Shown here one piece after another: positions 62,442 through 64,000 of a stretch of 64,000 nucleotides of DNA. The first letter of the stretch is position 1. Each line of letters opens with the position of its first letter. The translations under genes and the position numbers were made by a program. The stretch covers positions 192,001 through 256,000 of the forward strand of contig CBDFFH010000002.1 of assembly GCA_965246715.1 (NCBI GenBank), given 5' to 3'. Under the pieces are notes generated by a model. The model searched no databases, was not told the DNA's origin, and saw only the letters and a program-made list of their open reading frames with translations. This DNA is from Chamaesiphon sp. GTDB taxonomy: Bacteria; Cyanobacteriota; Cyanobacteriia; Cyanobacteriales; Chamaesiphonaceae.

Positions 62442-63269
62442 CTAATCCTTCGCTGGAGCTTCGACCTTCAATTCCCCAGTGGGACTAGTTGTAACCTTAC
62501 CACCAAGGGCTATGATTTCCGCGATCGCACGATCGACAACTGGTTTATCGATGGCATTACCTAGTACCATATTCCAAGCATCAAATTGAGCTTGCTTGCT
62601 ATTAGGGTTATGCGCTAGATATTTGACGGTACGTTCGGAGACGCGAACGGCATTTTTACTCTCAGGATCGGAGTATTGCTTAGCCCATTCAACCGCAGTT
62701 TGCATCGATCGAAGCGCATCGGGTACCTTCCCTAAAAATAGTAACTCATCTGTGGATTTGAGTCGCCAAATATAGTAGCCGCGATTGGGGATTTTTGGGG
62801 TCAGCGACTGAAGACCTTTTGCCATCAAACCAACCGATCTTTCTGGTTGTCCGGCATAGAGGGAGCCAGTATTGGACAAATAATAATAGGCATACAGAAA
62901 CCGAGGATCGCGATCGAGGATCAGCTCGAAATAATCGATCGCGGCCCCATACCCAGCTTGTTGACGAACTTCCGCATCTCCAAAATATTGGAGGAAATTC
63001 ATAAAATACCAGTCAGCAATAATATTTTTGAATCCAAATGATGGGAGCGCTTGCAGGAGCGAAAGTTGCATTTTTGTTTTCGTTTCTTCTTGTCCGAGTG
63101 CTACCTTACTCAAACCTTGGCGCGATTGCTTGAGTGCGGCTAGCTGAGTGTTCTGAAGACAAATCACCACTGCGAACGACCCGAGAATCGCCGCGAGCTG
63201 TCCGCATAGCGTTAGCGATTGTTTTGCTTTAGATTCAGCCCAAACCGGAGTTGTAATCGATACTGACAT
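62442..63269 (-). CDS. Conserved cyanobacterial membrane-anchored hypothetical protein
   Basis: N-terminal TM; PSFGFKNIIADW..FLQYFGD; helical. Confidence 0.7.
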   Translation of the reverse strand: MSVSITTPVWAESKAKQSLTLCGQLAAILGSFAVVICLQNTQLAALKQSRQGLSKVALGQEETKTKMQLSLLQALPSFGFKNIIADWYFMNFLQYFGDAEVRQQAGYGAAIDYFELILDRDPRFLYAYYYLSNTGSLYAGQPERSVGLMAKGLQSLTPKIPNRGYYIWRLKSTDELLFLGKVPDALRSMQTAVEWAKQYSDPESKNAVRVSERTVKYLAHNPNSKQAQFDAWNMVLGNAIDKPVVDRAIAEIIALGGKVTTSPTGELKVEAPAKD

Positions 63270-63391
63270 AAATAAACTAAATTCGATCCAAAATGATAGT
63301 TAACAGCCGAAAATTGGTAACTTAAAGAAATAGCTCTTACCTTACTAAGACAAGAGATAACCACACACGATCGCGAGGAGTAGAACAGACT

Positions 63392-63808
63392 ATGGAAAAT
63401 AACAAATTAACAAAAGTTCTTGTTGTTGTTGCGGGAATTGCCTTCCTTGGTTCGAGCGTGGCTGGATTGAGCGGACTGATTGCCAGTTCCATCAACGAAC
63501 CCGCCGCTAGCGAAAAATCCTCCCAACCTCAGAATGCCCAACTTGAAGCCGAAGAGAAAGGTTTCCTCGGAGTTTTACAACGAGAACCAAATAATCAAAC
63601 CGCACTGAAGGGATTGGTACAGATTCGGCTGCAACGCGGTGATGTCCCTGGCACTAAAACGATCCTCGAACGACTCGTCAAAACCAATCCCGGCAACAAA
63701 CAGTACCAAGAATTTCTCGACGCTGTGAATAAACAGATCGCAGATCCTAAAAAAGTGGGTACTCTAAACACAACTGAGCCAAAGCAACCGACTAAACCGT
63801 CTAAGTAG
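63392..63808 (+). CDS. TPR-containing exported protein
   Basis: AGGAG RBS, signal peptide and VLQREPNNQTALKGL. Confidence 0.75.
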   Translation: MENNKLTKVLVVVAGIAFLGSSVAGLSGLIASSINEPAASEKSSQPQNAQLEAEEKGFLGVLQREPNNQTALKGLVQIRLQRGDVPGTKTILERLVKTNPGNKQYQEFLDAVNKQIADPKKVGTLNTTEPKQPTKPSK

Positions 63809-63849
63809 GTGCTGGTGAGGGGTTTAGTCGTTACCCATCAACTCGATCT

Positions 63850-64000
63850 ATGAAAGTCATTCTCCTCGCAGGTGGTTTAGGCACGCGCCTCACCGAAGAA
63901 ACTGAAATTCGCCCCAAACCCATGGTCGAAATCGGCGGTCGGCCGATCCTGTGGCATATCATGAAACATTATGCCCATTATGGCTTTCAAGAATTTCTAG
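63850..64000 (+). CDS. rfbF: Glucose-1-phosphate cytidylyltransferase (5' part)
   Basis: MKVILLAGGLGTRLTEETEIRPKPMVEIGGRPILWHIMKHY. Confidence 0.88.
   Translation, partial: MKVILLAGGLGTRLTEETEIRPKPMVEIGGRPILWHIMKHYAHYGFQEFL

Overview
This is a cyanobacterial chromosome segment: CGATCG/HIP1 sites are very dense, heptamer STRR repeats are present and the gene content fits. A Chamaesiphon-like host is an inference. Housekeeping genes occupy 1-15 kb (pxcA, UbiH-type hydroxylase, hisC, tRNA-Glu, rsmH, hen1, radC, NDH-2) and 54.5-64 kb (htpG, FHA-ABC transporter, sucD/sucC, rfbF). Between them, an intact glutamate synthase large-subunit gene (gltB, 37245-41888) sits between two accessory arrays that together hold roughly 17 intact or decayed toxin-antitoxin-like modules, with no integrase in the window. 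(1) Downstream of gltB (about 15.2-37.2 kb), cargo blocks are separated by four same-orientation, allelically diverged copies of the gltB 3' end, three of which begin at a CGATC(G) site. (2) Upstream (43.1-53.6 kb), TA pairs in either orientation are separated by about 13 same-orientation copies of a ~110-230 bp REP-headed repeat. Several rearrangement junctions (a chimeric antitoxin, a double-toxin deletion) also map to CGATC(G), and a family of 22-nt double-hairpin elements inserts precisely at CG^ATC. My main hypothesis, which is inference, is an integrase-free cassette-accretion process anchored on homology plus HIP1-core joints. The window also has six complete IS copies with target duplications (2 ISAs1, IS1, 2 ISL3, IS701-like), several MITEs and an uncharacterised five-gene membrane/metalloprotease operon.
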